From Eledone cirrhosa (taxonomy: Eukaryota): DNA of 64,000 nucleotides. The DNA lies in assembly GCA_964016885.1 (NCBI GenBank), contig OZ024744.1, forward strand, positions 73,780,001 to 73,844,000, read 5' to 3'. The translations under genes and the position numbers were made by a program. The first letter of the stretch is position 1; every line of letters starts with the position of its first letter. This document shows positions 40,549 through 52,729 of this stretch, in pieces. The notes under the pieces are model-generated. The model did not search any database and was not told where the DNA came from. It saw only the letters and a list, made by a program, of their open reading frames with translations.

Positions 40549-41759
40549 ATATAATATATTATGTATATATGTATATTTATATGTCTGTATATATATATAT
40601 ATATATATATCATAAATCATGTCCTTAGAATTATTAGATAAAATATATACTATTTCCTCTCCCAATTAGCATAATTAACCATATAAAAACATCAATTAGA
40701 CCAGGCTATAAGAATAAAAGCTCCTATGAAGAAATATTTGATAAATAACCGAAAGCAGCCTCTTCGCGGTTGACCACAATAGAGTATTTACCCAACATTT
40801 CAACAGCATGTAGAAACTGACCAAATATATCGTCAACCATACACAATTAGGTATAAATTTAAAGTTAAAAGAAATGGGTACATACCGTAATTATATCCTT
40901 ACCATGGTTTCGTTCGTATTTTGAGATATCCTATTAAGGATAAATCTCGAGTATCGAACTCATCAGGAGACAAACTCAATAGGACAGTTAATTTTCCAAA
41001 GCGATCCCGCCAGAAATAGATTTACAAAATGGCTAAGATTTGTGACGTGGCAGTGGTCAAGTTAGAAAGAATGTGATTAGTTGCTTACGGCGAGTAGGCC
41101 GGTTGCTAGAAAGCGCAGCCCAATATCGCCCAAATTGCATCTCAACCCAACGGGAGATTATTAAATATAAAGATTTACATATACATAAAGTCACAGATAC
41201 ATATGTGGCAACCGTTCACGATGTGGCTCAATGAAGAATTAATAAATTAAATAATCAGAGCAATATATCATAAATCATGTCCTTAGAATTATTAGATAAC
41301 ATATATACCATTTCCTCTCCCAATTAGCATAATTAACCATATAAAAAATCAATTAGACCAGGCTATAAGAATAAAGGCTCCTATGAAGAAATATTTGATA
41401 AATATATATATATGCATGCAGAGGTTATATTTAATTTGTTGGGATTCAACAAGCTTAACGATTTTTATAACTGATATAAAGCACTCAACAATTTGTGGAG
41501 TAAATATACAATATATTAACAAATGGAAACTATATTTATAATACCATATTTATTTTATTATACACATTTCAAGGGCCAACATGGCAAATTATGGTGCGCT
41601 TTCATCAGATGAAATACAATACAGATTTGTTTTATAAATAAATATTGACATACCCTGAAAAAAGACAACCTTAACGGTTGGAGCTTCCTGGATATATATA
41701 TATATGTATATATATCGTCGATGTTGTATGCTGTATATGATGTATATCGTAAGGCCATA

Positions 41760-42755
41760 CCCCTGCAAGCGGAATTAGTCGATCTCGGATTTACAGAAAC
41801 CTAGCGTGGATGTTGTATGTTGTATGTGATGTATATCGTATGCTATACGATATGCATTATATATTGCATTTAGTCTCCGCGCAATGGTCCAGGTCAGTGT
41901 AAAATGTTTTCCTGAATACCACCATTTTCGTTGCTATGGCAATGCGGCTGGACTGCCGATCGCTATATTTGATTTGCAAATCTGTCTAAACGTATTGTTA
42001 TTACTCTGGGGTATTATTCTCTATCGAGTGCTAAAGCTACATTCCGAATTTGCATTCGTTAGCTTAGCCGCAGCCTAAAGCTTCGTTAATGCTGTACTAA
42101 AAGTTGTATTTTAACTCCTAGCATTAACGATTAACTGATTAATTTAATTAGACAATTCTATTGATTGATTAATTGTTTATGTTTGTTTGATAACTTCTGG
42201 ATGCGTGCTTAATTCGGTTTGTCTAAGGGAATTTCATTCCTTTGTCTCAAATTTCGAATTTACCGCCAAAACGGAGGTTACCTTCCTTGGAGAAAACCAC
42301 GTGTCTATAGCGAAATTTACTGCTAGAACACACCCGCTGCGGCTAAAGAACGCAAGAATTGTTGAAGAAGTAAATCCTTTGTTCTGTCGTCAAGGCCATT
42401 AACTTGCACACCCCAGCAAGCGGAATTAGTCGATCTCGGATTTACAGAAACCATGCGTGGATGTTATATGTTGTATGTGATGTATATCGTATGCTATACG
42501 ATATGCATTATATATTGCATTCGGTCTCCGCGCAGTGGTCCAGGTCAGTCAAAAATCTTTTCCTGAGTCCAACCATTTTCGTTGCTATGGTAATGCGGCT
42601 GGACTCCCGATCGCTATATTCCATTTGCAAAACTGTCTAAACGTATTGTTATTACTCTGGGGTATTATTCTCCATCGAGTGCTAAAGCTACATTCCGAAT
42701 CTGCATTCGTTAGTTTACCCGCAACCTAAAGATTCGTTAATGTTGTACTAAAATT
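41760..42755. repeat. Direct repeat, ~345 bp (41760-42105 / 42410-42755), unclassified
   Basis: Colinear copies with scattered substitutions; short duplications also at 40605-40745 / 41265-41400. Confidence 0.85.
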
Positions 42756-42820
42756 TATACAATATAATATATATATATTATGTATATATGTATATTTATA
42801 TGTCTGTATATATATATATT

Positions 42821-42853
<33 letters not shown>

Positions 42854-42854
42854 G

Positions 42855-43832
42855 ATAATAATGGAGCTGCGCGTTGCAAATGGGATACATATGAAAAAGT
42901 AAGTCCTTCATCAGTGACCCTCCAACCGTCCCAGGCATTTCATCGCTTTAAGGGCCATATGCCTCAGGTTGGTGCGAACAACGGCTAAAAAAAGTCGTTG
43001 GGACACGTAAATAAAGGGGACGTTAGGGTGAACAAACAAAATGGTTTAAGCAACGGAAAGTGAGAAGAAAGAGACAAGTCCCAGATTTCTATGAATATAA
43101 ACTCGGTGAAATCGTGAACAAGAGACAAAAGACCATCAAACCTGGTTGAAATGTGAGCAAGGAAGGAATTTCGCACAGGTCTAACGGGGGGAAGAAGAAG
43201 GGGTGTGGTCTGCGAATTCGGTAAACATAAGTTCTGTGAAGTCGCAGACGAGAGAGAGAGAGAGAAAAAATTTTTTTTCATACCGGCTTGACCAAGAACG
43301 CGCGAGAAAAGAAATCGGAAAGGTCAAGCGGGAAGAAAGAGGAGGAAAGAGGAGGAGGAGGAGAGGTAGTGACAGAGAATGAGTGAGTGAAAGTTGAGGA
43401 GGAGGCTAACAGAGAGGTAGACTGCTAGAAAGGGTAAAGATACAAAGAACGAAACAGACGGGTGGCAGCAGAAGAAAAAATATGTGTATTCACAGAACTT
43501 ATGTTTACCGAATTCGCAGACCAGACCCCTTCTTCTTCCCCCCGTTAGACCTGTGCGAAATTCCTTCCTTGCTCACATTTCAACCAGGTTTGATGGTCTT
43601 TTGTCTCTTGTTCACGATTTCACCGAGTTTATATTCATAGAAATCTGGGACTTGTTTCTTTCTTCTCACTTTCCGTTGCTTAAACCATTTTGTTTGTTCA
43701 CCCTAACGTCCCCTTTATTTACGTGTCCCAACGACTTTTTTTAGCCGTTGTTCGCACCAACCTGAGGCATATGGCCCTTAAAGCGATGAAATGCCTGGGA
43801 CGGTTGGAAGGTCACTGATGAAGGACTTACTT

Positions 43833-43840
<8 letters not shown>
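42855..43840. mobile_element. Non-coding ribozyme-bearing repeat (family C1): minus-strand unit 42855-43485 plus inverted partial copy 43489-43840
   Basis: Arms 42888-43240 and 43489-43840 are near-perfect inverted repeats; flanked by (TA)n; no credible ORF. Confidence 0.85.
43752..43827 (+). ncRNA. Putative non-circularly permuted hammerhead ribozyme (other copies on minus strand: 42903-42977, 47482-47557, 48127-48202, 48747-48822)
   Basis: GGCA-T-A / TGGCC ... GCGA-T-GAAA-TGCC ... GGTCA-CTGATGA-A; helices III and I and an outer helix covary among subfamilies. Confidence 0.72.
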
Positions 43841-43897
<57 letters not shown>

Positions 43898-43914
43898 TAT
43901 ATATATATATATAT

Positions 43915-43996
<82 letters not shown>

Positions 43997-44002
<6 letters not shown>

Positions 44003-44965
44003 GACGTAAAATAAGAAAATTATAAAAATTAACTTGCTTACTAAAATTTCACTCCAACTAATTAGTTTCTGAAAGGGAATAAACATGGTTTCCGAATGGA
44101 ACAACATGGAGAATACGTTTCGTCATCAGGAAGTCAATTCTCAGTTAAGTTCCCAGGCGATGCGTGGACACAGGGAACTTATACAACAATAATTCAGTGG
44201 ATGAAAAAAAGCAAGCGAGTACTAAATTCTAAGACATTGAAAAAATCACTGCCTACTTGGTCGGTGGCAAATTCAAAAGAAGCAATCACGTGACATCGAG
44301 GTATATCAGTGAGGAGTGGGGTGTTAAGAAGACAGTAGCCGAACTATTACTATGAACTATAAAAGCAGTTTTGGCAAATTTTTGCTCAACAAAGTAATTT
44401 GGAGATAATTATAAAGAATTAGTATATCTACCAACATATATATACAGATGCATACCTATGCTAGCAAATATATAAGTTTTGTCTTAGTAACTTTTTGATT
44501 CAATGCAAGGGGATGCAGAACAATTATATGAAAGACGTCAAATAAGGAAATTATAAAAATTAACTTACTAAAATTTCACTCCAACTAATTAGTTTCTGAA
44601 AGGGAATAAACATGGTTTCCGGATGGAACAACATGGAGAATACATTTCGTCATCAGGAAGTCAATTCTCAGTTAAGTTCCCAGGCGATGCGTGGACACAG
44701 GGAACTTATACAAAAATAATTCAGTGGATGGAAAAAAGCAAGCGAGGACTAAATTCCAAGACATTGAAAAAATCACTGCCTACTTGGTCGGTGGCAAATT
44801 CAAAAAAATCAATCACGTGACATCGAGGTTAATCAGTGAGGAGTGGGGTATTAAGAAGACAGTAGCCGAACTATTACTATGAACTATAGTAGCAGTTTTG
44901 GGAAATTTTTGCTCAACAAAATAATTTGGAGATAATTATAAAGAATTAGTATATTTACCAACATA
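43997..44965. repeat. Tandem duplication, ~530-bp period
   Basis: 43997-44440 matches 44528-44965; duplicated 65-aa ORFs without motifs. Confidence 0.9.
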
Positions 44966-45356
44966 TATATATATATATATACAATTAAGTTAAAAATGTA
45001 CAGAAGGGCCGGTAGATAGGTAAATATTGCTGATGAGTTGTAACAACAACGAAACTAGTTCAATATTCCTTGTCTGGCTTTCTGGAGAATAGAGGGAAGG
45101 TGTTCCCCCGAAAACCAGTATGACTCTAAAAACCGGTTTGTCTGTGTGTTTACATACAGAATAGCTGGGCTGCTCACAGTAAAGCAACCAGTGAAAGACT
45201 TGTTACACCTACATATGTATACGTGTGTGTATTCATATACACACTAGTATTTCAGTATGCATATGTAGATGTACATTTTTAACTTAATTGTTTAAGCGTC
45301 AGTCATACAAAAGTGAGTTACAAACGAAACGAAATTTAATTTCGTTTCGTTATTTG

Positions 45357-45404
<48 letters not shown>

Positions 45405-45431
45405 TATATATATATATATATACATATATAA

Positions 45432-45599
<168 letters not shown>

Positions 45600-46482
45600 T
45601 GTATATATAATGTATTTTGCAATACACTGTATGCTTAATTAAAAGCATTTCGAAGACATTACGCTATTGTTTTAGAGTAGTGAGTCTCACTTACTTTAAA
45701 TTTTCGGCAAACAAGGGGAGATAACGCTGACAGAGCTCTGTTTCGTACTCTTTGGCACTTATCAAAGCTAAGTACTCCACCTGTTTGCTGAAAATCATGA
45801 ATGTTTGATTCTTATAGAATTCTAGTAATAATCAGGTACTGATTATACAGAGCGGTTGCCGGTCAAGCAGAAATTGAAAATTAGAATTGGCTCACAGAAA
45901 AACGAGAAATAAAGTATCTTAGTCAAGGAGACAACGAATCACCCGGTCTGAGAATTGAAGTCGCAACCTCACGATTGCGAATCCAGCTCTCTAACCACTA
46001 AATCACGCGTCTTTAGGAATCTACTTAAATACCACAATTCATTAGGTTCGGTTTTTCATTGTATTGCGTGGAAATATTGAAAGATCAAAAACCAAAGTAA
46101 TCAGTTGCAGTATTGTTCTACGAGAGAAGATTTTATCACGTTATAACCCATTGGTTCGTAAAGATAAGCTACAGAATACTGTACAAACCAGCAATTCTAT
46201 ACCTGCTAGAAATAACAGTCGAGTATCATTCACATTACATTCTGTGGTATTGAAAAAAATGGCAGGATTCAGGGATACGTAATGTAGACTTATGTAGGCA
46301 AAGCTGGTGTGAAACGCCTTTCTTAAGTTTGTTCAGTTAGGAAGGCCTGGGAATAAACAACACAACTTTCATAGCAGATTTTAATGTTATTTTTTTTCAT
46401 TTCAATGAGGAAATTCGTTGATGCTCGAAAGTAGCGACCTTCTAATGGAAACATCAACACTATTGTTATCATTGGAAATAAT

Positions 46483-46670
46483 TGTTTCTACTTTTGGCAC
46501 AAGGCCAGCAATTATCCAGTACATTACTGGTACTTTATTTTATCGACCCCGTAAGGATGAAAGGCAAAGTTAACCTCTGCTGGATTTGAACTCAGAATGG
46601 CAAGGGCCGTAACTCTATGCGTCAAAGCATGGCGTCCGACCCTCTACCGATTACTGCTAATTCACCGCCC
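46483..46670 (-). mobile_element. SINE S1, full length, with 17-bp TSD
   Basis: TTATCATTGGAAATAAT at 46466-46482 and 46671-46687. Confidence 0.9.
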
Positions 46671-47469
46671 TTATCATTGGAAATAATGTTTTTGTCTGTT
46701 CACTTGGAGAGGAAAGGAAAAAGGAAAACGACTATACGTCCCCTATTTAGTGAAGCAAATGTGATTTTTGATACCATCTTTCTCTCAACATTGTCTTTAA
46801 GATATTTAACAGTAAATATTCAAAATACCGCCAGACGGATTTTATGAACTGAATCAAAACTTTATGCATTACCGGAATTGGATGTAAAGAAATAGGAAAT
46901 AAATAAATTCTAATACAAGTAAAAGCCGTAACATTTGATATATTCAACAGTGGAATAAACCTACGCCAACATGTAACTGGTTCTTATTTTATCGAATGAA
47001 TGGCAAATGCTATCAAATTGAGATTTGAACAAAGCAGCAAAGGGATGTACTCCCTCTGATCCATCGAAAAGATCCCAAACTTCATTCGCTTGCCGAGTGG
47101 GGTGGACTTCGTAAAATTGCACTAAGGGAACAATGTTTTCATTAGTCTTTCCATTGGTGGTACTATCTACCGGTCGCACTCCTGGCTCAAAGAACAACGA
47201 GAAATAAAGAATCTTACTCAAGGAAACAACGCATCACCCGGTCTGAGAATTGAAGTCGCAACCTCACGATGCGAATCCAGCTCTCTAACCACTAAATCAC
47301 GCGCCTTTCGGAACTTTAGGAATGTACTTAAATACTACTTACGTATTCAAAGGTGGTGTGAAACGCCTTTTTTAAGTTTGTTCAGTTAGGAAGGCCTGGG
47401 AATAAACAACATAACTTTCATAGCAGATTTTAATGTTATAACTGTATATATATATATATATATATATAT

Positions 47470-48379
47470 AAGAATAAATTTAGTCCTTCATCAGTGATCT
47501 CCCAACATTCATTGGTATTTCATCGCTTTAAAGACCATATACCTCTGGTTGGTGCGAGCAACGGCTAAAGAAAGTCGTTGGGACACGTAAATAAGGGGAA
47601 CGAGCGAGACTGTAAACAATCAAAGATGGTAATGCAACGAAAAGTGAGGAAGGAGTCAAGTCCCAGAAATCGATGAATATAAGATCTGTGAAATCTTGGA
47701 CAAGAAAGAATAAAGACCATCAAACCTAGTCGAAATGTGAGCAACGAAAGAATTTCGCACAGGTCAAACGAGAGGAAGAAGGAGTCTAGTCCCTGAATTC
47801 AGTGAACATAAGTTCTCTGAAATCGTAGACAAGAGAGAAAAAATGGAACAACCAACCTGGTCAAAGTGTGCGGGAGGAAAGAATTTCGCACAGGTCAAAC
47901 GGGAAGAAATAGGAGAGGGTGTAGCAGAGAGTGAGTGAGTGAAGGGTGAGGAAGAGGTTAACAGAGAGAGTGACTGTTAGAGGGGGTAAAGAGAAGTGAG
48001 AGATACAGAGAAAGAGGAAGCAGTAAGAATGAAAAAGACGAGTGACAGCGGAGGAAAATATATATGTGTGAATATGAAAACAAAACGAGCTGCGTGGTGG
48101 CAAATGGGTTACATATGAATAAATTTAGTCCTTCATCAGTGATCTTCCAACCTTCATTGGTATTTCATCGCTTTAAAGACCATATACTTCCAGTTGGTGC
48201 GAGCAACGGCTAAAGAAAGCCGTTGGGACACGTAAATAAGAGGAACGAGTGAGACTGTAAACAATCAAAGATGGTACTGCATCAAAAAGTGAGGAAGAAG
48301 GAGTCAAGTCCCAGAAATCGATGAATATAAGTTCTGTGGAATCATGGACGAGAGAGAAGAAAGACCATCAAACCTACTC

Positions 48380-48382
<3 letters not shown>
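47470..48382 (-). mobile_element. Family C2 tandem array (645-nt period, ~1.4 units)
   Basis: Ribozyme motif at 47482 and 48127; homologous to C1; (TA)n flanks. Confidence 0.85.
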
Positions 48383-48426
<44 letters not shown>

Positions 48427-48493
48427 GCTATAATATTAAAATCTGCTATGAAAGTTAACATAATTTTCATAGCAGATTTTTATGTTATAACTG

Positions 48494-48560
<67 letters not shown>

Positions 48561-48653
48561 GTTATAACATTAACATCTGCTATGAAAATGGTTGTTTATT
48601 CCCAGGCCATATATATATATTCAGTTGTAAGATTAAAATGATAATGTTATAAC

Positions 48654-48688
<35 letters not shown>

Positions 48689-48692
<4 letters not shown>

Positions 48693-49320
48693 AATATGGG
48701 GAGAAGAATACTGCATGGTTGCGCATGGATAACATGTTATAAAATGAGTCCCTCATCAGTGATTTGCCAACGATCATTGGTATTTCATCGCATTAAAAAT
48801 CATATACCTCACGTTGGTGCGAAAATAACTAAAATAAGTTATTAGGACAATTGAAACGCGTAAAGCGAGTGAGACAAGTAAACAACACAGGGGCAAGCTA
48901 ACCGAAGATGGAAAGATACACAAGCGACATGGTTATTCTATCAGCATAAGCTGTGTGAATATATGTGCGAGTTAGAAACAGATCCGCTCGTGAATTCGAT
49001 GTTAGAAAGAAGGAAAATCGTTTCGTAGCGAACGGGAGGAAGTAAGAAGGGGAGAAACAGAGAGTGAGTGAGTGGAAGTGCGAGGAAAAGGTCAGTAGAG
49101 AGAAAGTGTTAACTGACATGACAGAGGGGACGAAAGAAAGTAAGAGAAACAGAGAGAACGAGGGAGCAGTGAGAGAGAAAGAGAGAAACACAGAATCGCA
49201 GTTTAGGTAAATATATGAAAAATATGGAGAGAAGAATACTGGATGGTTGCACATGGATAACATGTTATAAAATGAGTGATTTGCCAACGATCATTGGTAT
49301 TTCATCGCATTAAATATCAT
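48689..49320 (-). mobile_element. Family C3 tandem array (528-nt period, ~1.2 units)
   Basis: CATGTTATAA at 48733 and 49261; the second motif copy has lost its CUGAUGA segment. Confidence 0.8.
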
Positions 49321-49771
49321 ATATATATATTCAGTTATAACATTAAAATCTGCTATGAAAGTTATGTTGTTTATTCCCAGGCCTTCCTAACTGACCAAAC
49401 TTTAAAAAGGCGTTTCACGCCACCTTTGTATACGTAAGTGGTATTTAAGTAGATTCCTAAAGGCGCGTGATTTAGTGGTTAGAGAGCTGGATTCGCATCG
49501 TGAGGTTGCGACTTCAATTCTCAGACCGGGTGATGCGTTGTCTCCTTGAGTAAGATTCTTTATTTCTCGTTGTTCTTTGAGCCAGGAGTGCGACCGGTAG
49601 ATAGTACCACCAATGGAAAGACCAATGAAAACATTGTTCCCTTAGTGCAATTTTACGAAGTCCACCCCACTCGGCAAGCGAATGAAGTCTGGGATCTTGT
49701 CGATGGATCAGAGGGAGTACATCCTTTTGCTGCTTTGTTCAAATCTCAATTTGATAGGATTTGCCATTCAT

Positions 49772-49976
49772 TCGACAAAAGAACTTTGATCGACTATATA
49801 TATATTTATATCTGTATTTTTAACCGTTGTTCCATCAATGATAAACATTAATTGCCAAATATATTAACTATGGAGCTATAAATGATACAGAAGCAAAACC
49901 AACCCAAACCAAACAGTGAGTGTCCTGTTATTATTTCTGGGAATATGAGCCTCCCCAGGATCATAATATATAACAA
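49772..49976 (+). mobile_element. PLE family B pseudo-LTR 3' end
   Basis: Reverse complement of 52730-52940; similar to 58420-58646. Confidence 0.8.
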
Positions 49977-49984
49977 TATATATA

Positions 49985-50174
49985 TACGTTATTCCGGGTT
50001 GAGTCAGAGGTAACCACAGTAAGTAAGGTACCCAATACATTGCAGAGTATTAAAGTTTTTATATAGATGAGATTCTACAGGACTAGAACTGTTTCATTCT
50101 TTAGAAATCATCATCCTGATGATTTCTAAAGAATGAAACAGTTCTAGTCCTGTAGAATCTCATCTATATTAAAA

Positions 50175-50178
<4 letters not shown>
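49985..50178. mobile_element. PLE pseudo-LTR end (family E) with a perfect 53-bp-arm palindrome containing a hammerhead core
   Basis: 50061-50113 / 50117-50169; CTGATGA-TTTC TAAA GAAT-GAAAC-AGTTCTA-GTC; related terminus at 25670-25730. Confidence 0.75.
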
Positions 50179-50257
<79 letters not shown>

Positions 50258-50326
50258 GGAACCAGTTCAAGTATTGTGTACTTTGGTGCGTTATGGTCCA
50301 CCTGGTTCCTTGCCACATTTCCTTCG

Positions 50327-50416
<90 letters not shown>

Positions 50417-50504
50417 AGGAGGTGAGTTTTATTGTAGTACAATAAAGCAATGCAGATATCGGATAAGAAGCACTCTACAGTTTGTAGGACTGGAGTATAC
50501 ATAA

Positions 50505-50833
50505 TATATAAGATCAAAAGATGGTTAAAAGTGTCCCATGTATTTTCTTATGCGCATTTCAAAAACAAATATCATCATGCAATAACATTTGTGCTTTCAT
50601 CAGATAAAATAGGAAGGTTAAAAAACACTTGTGAATAGTGCAGTTTTAAATCAACTTATGAAAAGTAGTTTTAGATTGATGTGTGATATTGGGGAAACAA
50701 ATTTGAGGGGAGGGGGAGGTTGGAAAGGATGAAAACATTGTTTTCTCTCTGCTTGCATAAATTCCACAGAACATTCCATAAAGTATACAGCTTATATCTA
50801 ATACTTTATCAATTTAAAATCCTTTTCTCAAAG

Positions 50834-50899
<66 letters not shown>

Positions 50900-51918
50900 T
50901 TCTTTAAAAATATACCCATCTTTCTACCTTATTTCAAAGTTATTTATTATACATTATACATTATATAATACTAGTTACTCATTCTATATCACTCATATTT
51001 ATCACTTCCCTTTCTTCCTTTTCCTTCTCTTTTCCTTTTTCTTTTAATTTCTAACCCCTAATCTGTACCTTTTCTCATTGTGCGTAACATAGAAACAATT
51101 ATTACACAGTACAATATATTCTTACTTTATATCACCTTGAAAAAATCCTTCGTAAACATAAACATTTTTTTGACGTTAGATTATTCATCCTCAATTCATT
51201 ATTTTTTCTCCCTTTTCATGCTCATCTAACTTATTCATCCTATCTTCTACTTTTTTCACAATATATCCTTACTTACATTACTATTGCTTTTTTAATAATA
51301 CATATCAACATTTTCTTTCCATCGCATATATTATTAAACCTTTAAATATTATTCTTAATACATATTAACATTTTCCTTCCATCGCACATATTATTAAACC
51401 CTTAAATATTATTCTTAATACATATTAACAATTTCTTTTCATCGCACATATTATTAAACCCTTCAATATACAAACCTTAACTTAACATTATTTTTCTCTT
51501 CGTTAATTTTCAAATTCTTTTTATTTATATATTATCTTCCAACGGTTTTTCAACCTCTCTATGTAAAACAAGATATTTTTCTCAGTTATAAAAGCTATCT
51601 CTCTCTCTCTCTCTCTATCACCCATCTCTCCTCCTATATCATCCTTCCTCATTATACTCCTCCCCCTCCACTTTTTACTCTCATCTCCTCGTCTTTCCCC
51701 CCCCCCCTCAATTTTTTTTTCCCAATATCACACATCAATCTAAAACTACTTTTCATATGTTGATATAAAACTGCACTATTCACAAGTGTTTTTTAACCTC
51801 CATATCATGTCTTCCTATTTTATCTGATGAAAACACAAATGTTATTGCATGATGATATTTGTTTTTGAAATGCGCATAATAAAATACATGGAACTCTTTT
51901 AACCATCTTTTGATCTTA

Positions 51919-51930
<12 letters not shown>
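50505..51930. mobile_element. PLE-like inverted pseudo-LTR pair (family F)
   Basis: 50505-50700 is complementary to 51720-51925; both arms carry a hammerhead; ends at (TA)n. Confidence 0.75.
51816..51886 (+). ncRNA. Intact type I hammerhead (mirror copy 50541-50611, minus strand)
   Basis: TATTTTAT-CTGATGA-AAACACAAAT..ATTTGTTTTT-GAAAT-GCGC-ATA-ATAAAATA; 8-bp stem I, palindromic stem III loop. Confidence 0.85.
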
Positions 51931-51977
<47 letters not shown>

Positions 51978-51991
51978 CATACATGCATATA

Positions 51992-52027
<36 letters not shown>

Positions 52028-52104
52028 TTATTGTATGTATGTATGTATGTATGTATGTATGTATGTATGTATGTATGTATGTATGTATATGTATATATGT
52101 GTAT

Positions 52105-52712
52105 GTCAGGTCACCAGTTGGTGCTACTGGTTACATGTATCCCAGTACAACCTGTACCATGGTCGGGTCGTTGGGCGACTAAACTGGCAACCCCACCAAG
52201 GTTTCTTGGTGAGGAGGGTGACTTTGGACATCCTGCAGGACTAAAAACAAAACCTGTCAAAGGGCAAAGGAGCTCTTAAGAGTCAATGGCCATCCAAAAT
52301 CCCCGGGAGAGATGACCCCTTAGCCTTTGTCAAGGCAGAATTCTAGGAGAAGGAAAACTCTGATATAACACCTGCGACCCTGATGGTATCCAATGATTTT
52401 GACTTGTTCTTCTGTTTGGTAAATATCATCTTGGTTAAGAGAGTGGGACTGGCTTTGTGCAGTGCCTTTGCTCACTATAAAAGCTTCACGGCACAGGCAT
52501 TGCTTTATATCTGGAGATCTCTCTGCACTTGTCGTCATATGGTACCATGGGCCCAGCACTATGTGTCAATAATTGTCATAGGTGTAGTGTTTGTACCAGA
52601 GTTTTCAAGTCGCAGGCTGGACTAAAAAGTCACACTCGTTCAGCGCAATGGGAGGGGTTCTCCTACATGGATATAAAGTAGTGGCCGTACTCGAAAACGA
52701 GTTTGCAGCCCC
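52105..52712 (+). mobile_element. Possible 5' region of an RTE-type LINE
   Basis: Higher-GC segment between microsatellites (CTAAACTGGCAACCCCACC, AAACTCTGAT) resembling RTE 5' UTRs; no diagnostic ORF. Confidence 0.25.
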
Positions 52713-52729
52713 CATATATATATATATAT

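Larger units (their letters stand above)
46992..49775. repeat. ~450-bp inverted repeat of flanking DNA (46992-47444 / 49332-49775) enclosing family C arrays
   Basis: The same translation MSKILYFSLFFEPGVRP.. appears on opposite strands (46961-47221 minus, 49546-49851 plus). Confidence 0.9.

Noticed and set aside
43780-43830. Family C motif as a SECIS element, group I intron piece or C/D snoRNA
   Set aside because: No linked ORF and no P7/P3 or terminal C/D arrangement; covarying helices instead abut hammerhead core nucleotides exactly
44096-44820. Duplicated 65-aa ORFs (and the mirrored MSKILYFS ORFs at 46961/49546) as small genes
   Set aside because: No recognisable motifs; explained by local duplication, and the latter begins inside a SINE
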